A DNA stretch of 64,000 nucleotides from Sphaerodactylus townsendi (taxonomy: Eukaryota), in assembly GCF_021028975.2 (NCBI RefSeq), contig NC_059434.1:45570001-45634000 (forward strand), given 5' to 3'. The translations under genes were made by a program, and so were the position numbers. Below, one piece after another: positions 1 through 10,994 of the stretch. Below the pieces are notes generated by a model. That model did not search any database. It had not been told where the DNA came from and was given only the letters and a program-made list of their open reading frames with translations. Position 1 is the stretch's first letter; every line of letters begins with the position of its first letter.

Positions 1-344
1 TACTCCCATCTCACTGAGGGTTCTCCTAAGCACCCAGTAATTCAGGATTACAGAGAAAAATGTGACACCTTGTGACAGAGACTTGGAGATACCAACTGCT
101 AGACTGTATTTCTTTCTGTAAAGGACAGCAAAAGAAGAATTGTTCCACAAAGGACAGAGGAGTTAAATGGCCTGGACACAAGCAGAGTGAGGGTCCATTT
201 TAAAAAAGTTTGTTTTGGGGATAACCTGGGGAGGACTCTCACACCTGACTCTATCTTGATGCCCACCATTACCACATGAAACTAACAAAGGGAAGGTAGG
301 TCAAACAAAGAAATCAAGGTAATGGATGAGTGATATAACACTAA

Positions 345-872
345 GGCCGTTTCCGCACGGGCGGAATATGGCGGCCTGGGGACGGCAAAAACGCCGTCCC
401 CAGGCTGCCATTCACACAAGGGGCGCAGCTGCTTCGCAGCCGCGCCGCCCTCGCACCGCCCGCCCGGCACCAAGCCGGCATTTCCTGAGTGCGCTGGGAA
501 GCGCACTTTTCTGGTAATGCCGGCTGGAAGCCGCTGCCATGCGAACGGCAGCGGCTTCCCGGCGCTTCCCCCCCCCCACTCCTTCCCTTCCCTTCCCTGC
601 TCTCCAGCCCTCCGGTGCATCACCAGGGCCTGGGGACACGCCCCCCCTGCTCTGCAACACAGAAACTGGTAGCGCGCAGAACAGGGGAGGCATAATCCCC
701 AAACTTGGCGGCGCTTGCGAGGGCCGGAGAGCAGGTAAGAGTCGACGAGGCGTGGCTGCTGGCGCTGTCTCCCCGGTTCTTTCTGGGACCGTCCGTGCGG
801 ACGGTCCCAGCATCGTCGGGTCGGCGTCAGAAACACCGACCCAAGCCCTTCCGCCTCCGTGCGGAAAGGGCC
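345..872. mobile_element. Non-autonomous PIF/Harbinger-type DNA transposon (GC-rich MITE)
   Basis: TIRs GGCCGTTTCCGCACGG / CCGTGCGGAAAGGGCC (1 mismatch). 3-bp TSD TAA at 342-344 and 873-875. CpG-rich interior with many short hairpins. Same family as 24607-25124. Confidence 0.88.
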
Positions 873-1858
873 TAAAACTTTATGAAACTACCAAAGCATA
901 ACATTCAGGATGTGTTTAGAGAGAAGAAACAAATGATAGTGGGTAGGTATGCACCTTTACTTCATAACCTTGCTTTAACTGTGCAAAGTGTGTGTGTGGA
1001 CATTTTCCTTTTAATAAACTTCTTTCTATATCCACCCCCCCCCCCTTTTGTGCTATTTTAATTAAAATGCAAACCATTATTTTATGGTATAAACCATTTT
1101 GAGTACGTTGGCAGAAAAGTAGTAAGGTGCAAAAGAGTGAATAAATAAAATCTGCCTCATTAGAGCATCAGAAGGACCAATTGAATAGCATTTGTGAAGC
1201 TTTTTTTTGTCAGAGTGGGCAATGTAGTTCTTTCCCCAGCCCTGTTCTTTAGGTGTTGCATCATTTTCTCAGCATGATCTTGTTTGGTTCAGGGGTTTCA
1301 CTTGAGTGTGTGTGTTGTAAGCGAAGAGGGCGGTGTGGCCATTAATTGCCCAATCTGTACACCAGAGTACATTTCTCATAAAGTTTAATTTAAAAAAGAT
1401 AGGAAATCTCTTCCATGCTATTCTCTTCTCCCTGCAACCCATCAATTATTCAAACTTTCAAAGAGACCACCTCCATCCCTCCCTGTTGCTGAAACCTCAC
1501 TCTTGCAGTTATTGCAGAATGAGACTAAAAATGTTACAGAGAAAATGCTGAAGAATTATGCAGCAAGGCTGATATCTTGTAATTTTATGCTGGTAAATTA
1601 CTCAAGCAGAAAGAACTTCTGGCATTATTCTGTGCTTTAATTGAAGGTTTCCTAAAGAGAACAAAAATTTGTTAACCTAGCAGGACATGTACATTGAATG
1701 CAACAGAACTAGCTGGCTGATGAACTGTTTGGGGTATGAGTAGAAACCTACGAACAGAGCAAACTGCTCCATGATCGCTTTGCTATTTGGTTATTCTGGA
1801 GAACAGAAGATGTAAGATGCTAACCTGCCTGGTTTTTCATCAATAGACTAATTCCAAT

Positions 1859-1951
1859 TCTCCCTGCCTCCCTTCAATTCAGTCTGAGTAAAAAAGCCTT
1901 CCCACCACTGTAAAGCCCCCATTGGGCTTAATGGATTTACGCCATGGAAAA
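1859..1951 (-). repeat. Inverted two-part duplication of downstream sequence
   Basis: 1859-1894 is the exact reverse complement of 2389-2424 (36/36). 1891-1951 is the reverse complement of 2219-2279 (58/61). The two parts join at an A-run. Confidence 0.9.
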
Positions 1952-1982
1952 TCTCCTAATCTCCTAACCTTTACAACTCTTA

Positions 1983-2382
1983 CAGTCCCATCCAAAAGGG
2001 GGGGGATCTGCTGTTGGGAATTGCACGGAGCCACGCCAGCAGATTTATCCTCTCTGGGGCACTTGCCTCAGTGGAGGGGTGGATCCACCAGCGGACAGCC
2101 ACACAGCCCTCCACGGCTGCTGGTGTAGTGGGGGTGGTCCAGGGGTGTGGCCTAGAGTCAATGCTAGTCAGCTTCCACCTGTCATTGGCAGTGCCTGGGG
2201 CTGTGGACTTATGCCACCTTTTCCATGGTGTAAATCCATTAAGCCCAACGGGGGCTTTCCAGTGGTGGGAAGGCTTTTTAATGTTTTTGGCCTCCCCATG
2301 CCACCAGAAAAACCCCTTGGGAATTGCACTACAGTGCAGCCAGGGCACCATATCCAGGCACCCAGCCCTTTGGATGGGGCTG
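1983..2382. mobile_element. Non-autonomous DNA transposon with CAGYCCCATC termini
   Basis: Termini CAGTCCCATCCAAA / TTTGGATGGGGCTG. Left flank is TTA. Related to 46562-46990. The right TSD is not preserved. Confidence 0.65.
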
Positions 2383-4066
2383 CCCATATTTTTACTCAGA
2401 CTGAATTGAAGGGAGGCAGGGAGATTAATTATTGAGGTTTTTAATTAATTGGGTTTTTAATATGACAAAGGACATTTAAAAGATGGACTTCACATTAATT
2501 AAAGAATCTACCTTCTAGAGACTGAGGCTGTTCGTCTGTCAGAGTTGGTATACTCTACCCTGACAGGCATCAGCTCTGTGCAGAAGCTAGGGATTGAACC
2601 CAAGACCCTCTGCAAATAAAGTACAGTTCCTGGTTTGCCCCTCTAATCCACTCACTTGCTGATGCCGATTGTTGCAGTGGGAGAAAGTGCGCATGACGGA
2701 ACTGTGTGAAAGAAGGGAAAAGCTTCTTCTAACATAGCACTTGCCAAGTAATTCAGTACAGGGAAAAGGTGGAGGAAGGGATACAAGGTAGAATTTTAAA
2801 ATGTGAACGTTGTAGGAATAAGTCATCCCACAGGAAGGGGACAAGTCAGAGGACCTGATTTTTTACCTGGACACAACATTTCAGCATTTAGTATCATAGG
2901 ATTATGAATCACATCTATGCTAAGCTTTCTCTGTCCCCCCAAACAGCATCCTCCACAGACGCTGTCCCAAATCTTCAGCTTTTTCCCAAGCCAAAGTTGA
3001 TAATGCAACTCCCAGCTTCCCTTCTAATAGTGAGAGCTTTTGCTTAAGTTGCCACCTGAATGTATTCTCAGGAATGCAAATCCATTGAAGTTTTGCTAAC
3101 ACACACATTTATTTAAATCAATTAATTAAAATCCCAAAGATTGTCAACTAAAATATTGCATTGAAATATTGCATAAATTAATAGCCCTAGGGGAAAATGT
3201 AGCATTTCATGATCACTATGAGTTGTTTTACGGAAAACAGAGGATGGGTCCTGTGAACTTTCAGAACTTTCAGAACATGAGAGAAAGAGTAATTGAATTT
3301 TAATCTTTTCATTTAACTACATCAGCTCTGGCCATGCTAAGAGAGTACCCATTTTGTAGTGCAGCTGTTTTCCTTCTGGGACAAAAAAGGTTGCCCTGAG
3401 ATGCAGAATCCACTGGTTAAGGTTTGTGAGGAGAAGGGTGGCTTCTGGCATATGGTCAATACTGTTGTTTGACTGCCGGAGAACGTTGTTCACAATCACA
3501 AATCTATTTCTTTTCCATAGAACTTTGCTCCTGGCTTAGCCTTTAAGCCACACTCTGCTGCAAAACCTCCAGTTCGCTTCCAGTTACATAGGTGAAAGGC
3601 ACACACACCCATTTAAACTGGCATCAAAGCTGACTTCAGCACTGAGAAAAGCCCCTACGGCCATTGAAATAATATCTTTTCCAAACCATTTAATTCTTCA
3701 AAGAAGATGCCAGACTTTCCCCTCCTGTAGCCTCATTTTCCATTTTTTTAAAGGTTTGGGGTGGCAGAATAAAGGCACAGGGTTGGTGGAAAAAAGGAGT
3801 GGCCCTGTGCAGAGGTATACGGCTGCAACCATCCGCTTCTAAATAGCGTGAAGCTGCCATGTGCCAACTGTTGACCTCATCTGTACCTCCCTTCTTCCAC
3901 CTACCCTTTCCTAACTCATCGGAGTTACAAGAGGCATAAAAATGCAGCCATGCCCATTTCTAAATTGCAATCTCAGTGCAAAAAAGGAGATTAAAGGAGA
4001 AAGGAGTGATATTTCAGTTTAATATCAGTTAACAATGACTGCTGAGTGCAGCCTGGATCCCTATCA

Positions 4067-5065
4067 CTCTGACGTAGGTAAGAGGGGGTTTCCTGGGTTT
4101 AAACCCCACATTACATATCCGAAGCTCCACCCCCTGTTTGTGTTTTCTTTGTATTTTTAAGTTTTTTTAGTTTTTGGCCTGCAGGGGGCGCAGTTTTTTG
4201 GCTTGCAGCACCAAATTTTCAGTGATATTTCAGGATACTCTCCTGATGATACCATCCAGGTTTGGTGAGGTTTGGTTTAGGGGGTCCAAAGTTATGGACT
4301 CCCAAAGGGAGTGCCCCATCCCCCATTGTTTCTAATGGGAGCTAATAGGACATGGGGGCTACACCTTTGAGGGTCCATAACTTTGGACCCCCTGAACCAA
4401 ACTTCCCCAAACCTGGGTGGTATCATCAGGAGATTCTCCTAAAGATACCCTGAAATTTTGTGCTGCTAGCTTAACAATTGCACCCCTGACAGCAGGCACC
4501 CCCCCAAATTTTCCCAGATTCTCCTTTTAAATCCACCTCTTTTGGCATGGATTTAAAGGGAGAATCTGAAGTCCCCAGTTTGAACATTGAAAGTGATGCT
4601 GTTTCAGGGTGGGGGATAATCCACCCCTAAACAGCATCACTTTCAATGTTGTTTTAACTGGAGACCCCAGATTCTCCCTTTAAGGTGGATTTAAAAGGAG
4701 AATTTGGGCTCCCTAATTTAAACATCATTGAAAATGATGCTGTTTGGGGGTGGATTCCACCATCACAGTGGCCGCCCATGGTGGGGGGCGCAAAACTCAG
4801 ATTTTGCACCGGGGCTCCATTTTCCCTAGCTATGCCTCTGCCTGGAGGGGAGGGCAAAGGGACTACTGGCTGCTGGCTGCCAGCTGGGAGCCCAGCTAGG
4901 GGGGTTGGGGGGGCAGGGGAGTCTAGCGTCCTTGGCCTCGGAGAGCTGCTTTTATCAGCAATGAGGCCAGGGGGTGGGGCTTGGGGGGACATGACCCCAG
5001 GGGTGTGTGGGGGTGTGGCCCCTCCCCCCGAACCCACCCCATAAAAATATATACCTATGTCCCTG
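4067..5065. mobile_element. Composite non-autonomous DNA transposon (hAT-like) with nested internal palindromes
   Basis: Imperfect inverted repeat with arms near 4213-4310 and 4365-4460. Alternating inverted modules at 4514-4760. Ends GACGTAGGTA / TACCTATGTCCCTG. Confidence 0.6.
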
Positions 5066-5707
5066 CTCTTCAGTAACTCCTATAGAAAGGCCATTAAAAG
5101 CTTGCTCCTCAGGAATCAAGTTTGAATCAAGGGTCTAACCCAGATTCTGCATGGGCAGCCAAAACACTCACATACACATACAAAACAAAACAAAAAAGAG
5201 GAGTACAGTGGCATCAAAGACTACAAAATGTATTCCAGTATAAGCTTTTGAAGTCAGAGCTCACATACATCAAAAGCATAGAAAGTCCAGTTTCTACACA
5301 TAATAGAAAAGTGTGTGTGTGTGTTGGGAGGAAAGGGGATGTTACAAAGAGACCATTTCAAAATATGATCAATTCTAAAAAGTAATCACTCCGCACACGT
5401 GTGAAATGAACTGTTAGTCAAAACTTGAAATCTGGTGCAGGATGAAATGAAATAAGCATACACAGTAGGAAGTTGCAGAGCTAAAGCTGCAGTAATTAAC
5501 ACCTGCAAGGGCTGGGAAATGCAAGATACTAGTACTAACAGTGAATAAGAAATGACAGGTCCCTGTTTAGACCTAGCAAACAGTGTTAAACTACTTGAAG
5601 AATGTAAATTCAACTACTTTTCCTTGCATTGCCTCTTGGCAGTTGACACATGATGCTGTACATTACATTGGCGGATGAAGAAGTGCATGAGCCAGAGACA
5701 GTATGAC

Positions 5708-5876
5708 TGGGGTTGCCAACTCCAGACTGGGAAATTCCTGGAGATTTGGAGTGGATCCTGTGGAGGGCAAGGCTTGGAGAGGCTAAGAAGCTCACGGGAG
5801 TATAATGCCATAGCAGCCATCCTCTCTAAAAATCAGATGTCATCATGGGAGATATCCAGACTCATTTGGAGGTTGA
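5708..5876. mobile_element. hAT-like MITE fragment (GGGTTGCCAAC terminus) inserted in the Penelope relic
   Basis: Begins GGGGTTGCCAACTCCAG..GGAAATTCCTGGAGATTTGG. Homologous to 6575-6790 and 20530-21009. Confidence 0.6.
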
Positions 5877-6068
5877 CTTGCGTTGTTTTTAAGTCCAGTA
5901 ATAATATTGGCTTAGTTGTATATATGTGGACAAAAGTTGGTGCTTTGGTTTGTTGCAGGGTCTGATTCTCGATTTTGTGTTTCCATTAAGTGGTGTCGTG
6001 ATTTGGAGGGCTGTCAGTGAGCAAGAAAATCCTGATACGTAACCTATATTTGAGAAAGAGAGAGACTT

Positions 6069-6072
<4 letters not shown>

Positions 6073-6155
<83 letters not shown>
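6073..6155. repeat. Compound microsatellite (TG)23(AG)18
   Basis: Read directly from the sequence. Confidence 0.97.
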
Positions 6156-6158
<3 letters not shown>

Positions 6159-6574
6159 TATCCAGGATAAACTGAAGATGTTTGATAATGTGTTGAACTG
6201 CAGATAACATGGTATTTTGTTACCTTCTTTGGGTCTGTCTAGTAACAGTCTGTTCCTGTACACCATTCTGGCTTTGTCCATCTGTTTCTTTACTTCATTG
6301 GGTGGTTATTGTAGTCCTAAGAATGCCTGTTGTAAATCCTTCAGGTGACGCTCCCCTTCAAAGGGTTTGGAACAAATGCAGCTGTAACACAGTGCCTTAC
6401 TGTAGACACTGGATTGTTTGGTATGCTTTGACAGGACATGCTTTTTTCAGAGCAATAAAATTGTGGTCCTCTCTACTTTGAACAATAACAATCACACTCC
6501 AACCCATGTGTGGGAGTAGATACGAGGGAAGGATCATTTTGGATGTGGGCAAAGCTTTAGCTTTCTATCAAGGG

Positions 6575-6790
6575 CAGGGCTGCCAACTCTAGCATGGGTC
6601 ATTCTTAGAAATTTGAGGGTGGCATCTGGGGAGGACAGTGTTTGAGGAGGGAGCTCAGCAGGGGTGTGATGTCACGGAGTCCACCATTCAAAGCTGTCAT
6701 TTTCTTCAGGTGAATTGATTTCAGTAGTCTGGAAATTAATTGTAATTCCAATAGAACCCTACTTCCCACCTAGAGGATGGTAACCACGAA
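6575..6790. mobile_element. hAT-like MITE (AGGGYTGCCAAC family)
   Basis: Begins AGGGCTGCCAACTCTAG and ends GGATGGTAACC. Internal similarity to 5708-5876 and 20530-21009. Confidence 0.55.
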
Positions 6791-8439
6791 AGTAGGCACA
6801 TACTCAACCATTCAGAAACTGTTCTCATCTACACCCTGATTCTTCAAGACAGTAAAGCCTGTTCTAAAGAAGCTTTGTGACTTTATCTGTTGTCTACATG
6901 TTATGATCTTATCGTCTTTTATCAGATGACCTCTGTAAATTGTATTGGAGAAAAGAGCAATTAAGAAATGATCTCAAGCTCTTTGAGCAGTTAAGCTTTT
7001 GGGCCAGCTAAGTAGGGTATTTCAGCCTGGTTGCTGGCAGCTTTCCTCCTGCTACTGATGGAAATCACAGATCTGAGTTCTGTGAACAAGCAAGGTTACA
7101 ATGGGGAATTACAACTGGGGCCTAAGGCCTCCTGCTGCTAGGATTTAATTGAGCCAATAAAGTGACAGGGCTTGTTAAACTGAACATCCTTGTCTCAGCA
7201 GACTGCTTGAAAGCAAAAAGAAGGGAGGAAAAGGCTAATAGTAATAAGATTGCATTAGATAGTATGGATAGCTCTAAGAACAATCTGACGGTTTAAAGTG
7301 ACACACAAACTTCCCCTGCCCTACTCAACCTCTGACCTTTTCCCTTTGCAGATAAGAATCAATTAATCCTAATCAGCCCACCCAGCCACCTTTGTTTTTT
7401 CTCTTTTGTACAGCTGAGGTCAGGGAGGTGTTCATTAACTGCTTTTTAGGAAGTAGTGCTTCCTTTTCAACTACCCCAAAATGAGCCAAAGTGCATTACC
7501 TTAAAGTTGATTGTACTGAAATATTACAGGTGCAATCATGTTGTACCAATCTTGCAAAATTTTAACAAAAATGTCCACATAGTATTCTGATATGAAAGGG
7601 ATGACCCTGTTTTGTGGTCAGACGCTGTTCTTGAGCCAATTGCATTTCAGCTCAGCATATTACTGCCCCTGTGGCTGTGTCCTATCATAATCATGTTTCC
7701 CCACTAGATTTGATCACTTGATTTGGTACTTCTTGCCATGTTCTGTTTTTCCTACATACAATACCTATCTTTCAGATGAGGATGGGGTTCATCATATGAA
7801 TACAGTGTCTAAATATAGCAGTGCTGTACTGTAATGTACAGTCAGAAATAAATCTGTGCAATGGCCCTAGAATATGAATCGAAAGCCCTGAACAGTGGGA
7901 GCCACACACAGCTGGCAAATATTTTTCCACGAACCTACAGGATTTCTACAAAATCTCAGAATGAAAGAAAAAGGGACTTAACACTACATTGTGAAATCTT
8001 GGTTGCCATTTTGAGGAAGGAGAAGAAGCAGAGAGAGATGCTGCCATCATTGGGAAAGTGGGCAAGCCAAGAGAGAGGCAAGGGGTGCAACCCTGAATGA
8101 ACAGGGTGGTGGCAATGTTTCAACCAGCTGAACAAACTAAGTAGGCAAGCCATGGTGGTAGAGATGGTAGAATGAGTGTGGGGTAGGATAGGATCCTTGC
8201 ATTGTGATAGCAGCTGCTGGCAAAGAACAGTTTATAAAAATCTACACTGTCAATCAGATCTCCACTGGTCAATCACAAGCCATGGTGGGCAAAAACCCCA
8301 CTTGGCAGGCCCCAGAAAGGTATTGCTAACCTATCAACTATTATAACGAATAAGTCTAACCACCAGCTCATCCACTAAAAACTATGAAGTATATTTAAAA
8401 TTATGAACTGCAGCAACTGTCAAACCAACCGACAACTGA

Positions 8440-9250
8440 CAGCTGCCAGAGAAAGAGCAGCCGAAAATGGCCGCCCCTTGCCTTCAAAGGTTCGAACCAA
8501 AAAAAAAAAGAAAGAAAGAAAGGCCGCCCCTTCTTTACCAAATTGCAGAGCAAGCTGCTTAAATGGCTCCTACACTTGGTCAAAGCAGCTGCAACCAGGT
8601 GGAAGCCGGACAAAAGGGGACTAATATATAAAAACCTAAAACCTAAGTGAGAGGAAGAGGAAAATAAAAGGTTTGCTATTTTCACAAGAGGAAGGGGCCA
8701 GGAGAAGGCACAGCGCTTGACGCGTTTGCAAAAAATGCCCCTTAAAACAACGGGGGATTTTCCCCTCAGCCGCTTTGCGAACCCCGTTAACGAAGGCCAA
8801 CGGTCGAACGACGCTTCATGGCCGCCTCTCTCTCCTCCCGCCCCTTCCATTATCACTAGGAGGCTCTTTAATTAACGCTGTTAGCCCCGCTCCTAAAGCT
8901 CCCGTTGGCCGGACCCCAAGGGACGGGTGAAAAAGCCAGCGAAAATTTTTTTGGTTTTTGGTTTTTTACAGCAGCCTCCGCTCTTCCCGCTAAACGCTGA
9001 CAGAGCGACGGCCAGTAGCTGCCGTTCTCATGCTCCACAGCCTCGGAAGAGGCTGTTCCTCCCGGCCAAACCCTTTATATGGGGTTGCTTGGCCCCTGTC
9101 ACGTGCCGGTTCCTGGTCACGTGACCGGGGCTTCTCCGGCCGAGAACGGCCGGGCGGTCATTTCCCCCTCTCCTCGCCGCAACAGCACCCCAGGTTAATG
9201 CCTGGGGCGCGTCTTGTGAGTGCCATGGCACCCACAGGCACCACATTGGG
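8440..9250. promoter_or_regulatory. Non-repeat CpG island / promoter; probably an upstream promoter of TRIM2 (minus strand) by synteny
   Basis: CpG-dense with no TIR or TSD. YY1-like AAAATGGCCGCC near 8464. GC-box CCCGCCC near 8837. E-boxes GTCACGTG at 9098-9105 and GGTCACGTGACC at 9115-9126. Minus-strand TATAAAG at 9073-9079. The TRIM2 assignment rests only on the known amniote order FHDC1-TRIM2; no TRIM2 coding exon was seen. Confidence 0.6.
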
Positions 9251-9677
9251 AGACCCTTGCACATTGGGAGACCCCTGCAGGGCAAATAGTGGCTCCTTGG
9301 GAACATTTCAGGTCAGGAAAATGTCATGAGAGGAAGATCTGCATTCCTGTGTGTCATGGCTCAATCTAACTTGGACCCATTTACTTCCATTACATTACAG
9401 CCTGTCTCTGAAGCTGAATTAGGTATGTCTCTGCTTGTTCTCGTTCGTTAAAATGGCAACGTGGTACTGGTGAGGAAAAGTAACTGTGTGACTTCACACA
9501 GACCCAGATATGTCATTTAAACTGTGCTGCTATATGCACAAAGAAGCTATATATGCTGGTTTTTATATTGCCATCTCATCTGCCATCTTATAAATTGATT
9601 GCCATCTCAAGCCAATATTTGAATCTAGGTCTCACCAATGCAAGTCCAGCACTCTTGCTCCAAACTTTTCTGACTCT

Positions 9678-9930
9678 GTATTGTCAAAGGCTTTCACGGC
9701 CATTTTCGCCTGCATCTGTGGCTGGCATCTTCAGAGGTGTATCACAGAGGGAAGTCTGTACACAGTGTGAGGGCATCACAGACGCCCTGCTCTGTGATGC
9801 CCTCAGTGTGTAACAGACTTCCCTCTGTGATACACCTCTGAAGATGCCAGCCACAGATGCAGGCGAAACGTTAGGAACAAGATCCACCAGACTACCGCCA
9901 CACAGCCCGGAAAACCCACCAGAACCAGTT
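9678..9930. mobile_element. Penelope-like element terminal (pLTR) sequences in inverted arrangement
   Basis: 9704-9868 is a long inverted repeat. The right copy continues GTTAGGAACAAGATCCACCAGAC..CACAGCCCGGAAAACCCACCAGAACCAGTT. The left copy starts TATTGTCAAAGGCTTTCACGGCC and has an internal deletion. This pattern is typical of lizard Penelope ends. Confidence 0.8.
9835..9875 (+). ncRNA. Minimal type I hammerhead ribozyme motif (Penelope-associated)
   Basis: CCU-CUGAAGA-U-GCC(agccacagaugca)GGC-GAAAC-GUU-AGG. Conserved CUGANGA and GAAA boxes, GCC/GGC stem II, palindromic ACGU stem III, CCU/AGG stem I. Predicted cleavage after 9872. Confidence 0.75.
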
Positions 9931-10400
9931 TTCTGACCAGTTTCACTCAAAAACTCTTCGTATTGGCAGGCTAGGTATTACTTTCTCTCATCAGAGCACA
10001 TTTTGTGTTTTCCAGATTGCCATTTGAATTTAATTACTTTTGAACCTGGTACACTCCTCTGGAAGGGCTGATGCCCCAGGCAATTCACACCGCAGAAGGA
10101 AATCAGCCCGGTATCAGCACCAGTTATCTTCAAAAACTTTGTTGTTGTTGCTCTTCTTTCAGTATCATCATTGCTACTTTTATTTAATTTTTTTATGGAA
10201 ACAACTCCAGAAACTGTACAACGGAGTATACAAACTTATAGTTCTTTGCTCAGAATATGGAGAAGGGAATCTGCTTCTTGAAAACTCTCTTTTGGTCTAA
10301 AAATGCATCCTTAATTTCCATCTCTAGATTTTCGTCACTGAATTGACTAATTTTTTACTTTCATTCCAGGCAATAGCCAAGTAAGATTGCTACTATCATA

Positions 10401-10540
10401 GGCAGATTTGGCATGGGCCAAAAACAGCAGTGTGAAACCGGTGTGAAACCAGTATAAAATGGTTTAAAATGGTGTAAAAGGGTTTATTCTGTTTTCACAC
10501 CATTTTCACACCACTGTTTTTGGCCTGTGCGGAATCTGCC
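10401..10540. mobile_element. Palindromic Harbinger-type MITE
   Basis: GGCAGATT..GGCCAAAAACAG / CTGTTTTTGGCC..AATCTGCC. 3-bp TSD ATA at 10398-10400 and 10541-10543. Same family as 26539-26667. Confidence 0.85.
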
Positions 10541-10736
10541 ATAGTTCAAAAGAATGTTAAACACAGTACCTACATTCAGACATTACCTGAACCAGTGTTT
10601 AATTCATTTATATGGTCACTGTGATTGCATGAATGCAGGCCACTCCACCAATATGGGTTTTTAAATTTTTTATTTAATTCAGATTAGGGTTCTCTAAAGC
10701 ATCAAAAATGCAAGGCCACGCCAAGCACAAGGGAAC

Positions 10737-10994
10737 AAACAAGAGACAATTGGGGCAATGGGAGAACTAATTTTAAGTCAACACCAAAGTGGCTATGCAT
10801 TTTGCATATTTTTCATTGAGGGGGTCTGCCAAATATCACAGTCTGAACAGTCCCTACAGCAAACTGTGGCTCAAAGCCTATTGCTGTCGAACTGTTCAGA
10901 CTATGATATTTTACAGACTTCTTGATGAAACATGTAGGGGGTCTGAGAGTTGAATTAAAATGAATTCTCCCACCATTCCAATGGTCTCTTGTTT
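10737..10994. repeat. Old degenerate palindromic MITE
   Basis: Outer arms AAACAAGAGACAATTGG / CCAATGGTCTCTTGTTT. Inner arms AAATATCACAGTCTGAACAGT (10831-10851) / ACTGTTCAGACTATGATATTT (10891-10911). Confidence 0.7.

Larger units (their letters stand above)
5183..6445 (-). mobile_element. Decayed Penelope-like retroelement: RT C-terminal region, GIY-YIG N-terminal part and 3' end
   Basis: Minus-strand translation gives KHTKQSSVYSKALCYSCICSKP..HLKDLQQAFLGLQ*PPNEVKKQMDKAR, RPCNKPK and SHTVSGSCTSSSANVMYSIMCQ, which resemble reptile Penelope ORF motifs. Degenerate hammerhead-like end at 5241-5273. Interrupted by a MITE and a microsatellite. Confidence 0.8.

Noticed and set aside
282-901. Multiple long ORFs here and at 19528-20078 and 24493-25202
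   Set aside because: They lie within GC-rich MITEs where stop codons are rare. They overlap on both strands and contain no recognisable domain.
9071-9084. CArG box
   Set aside because: CC-TTTATAT-GG has seven A/T bases rather than six; it is better read as a minus-strand TATA-like box.
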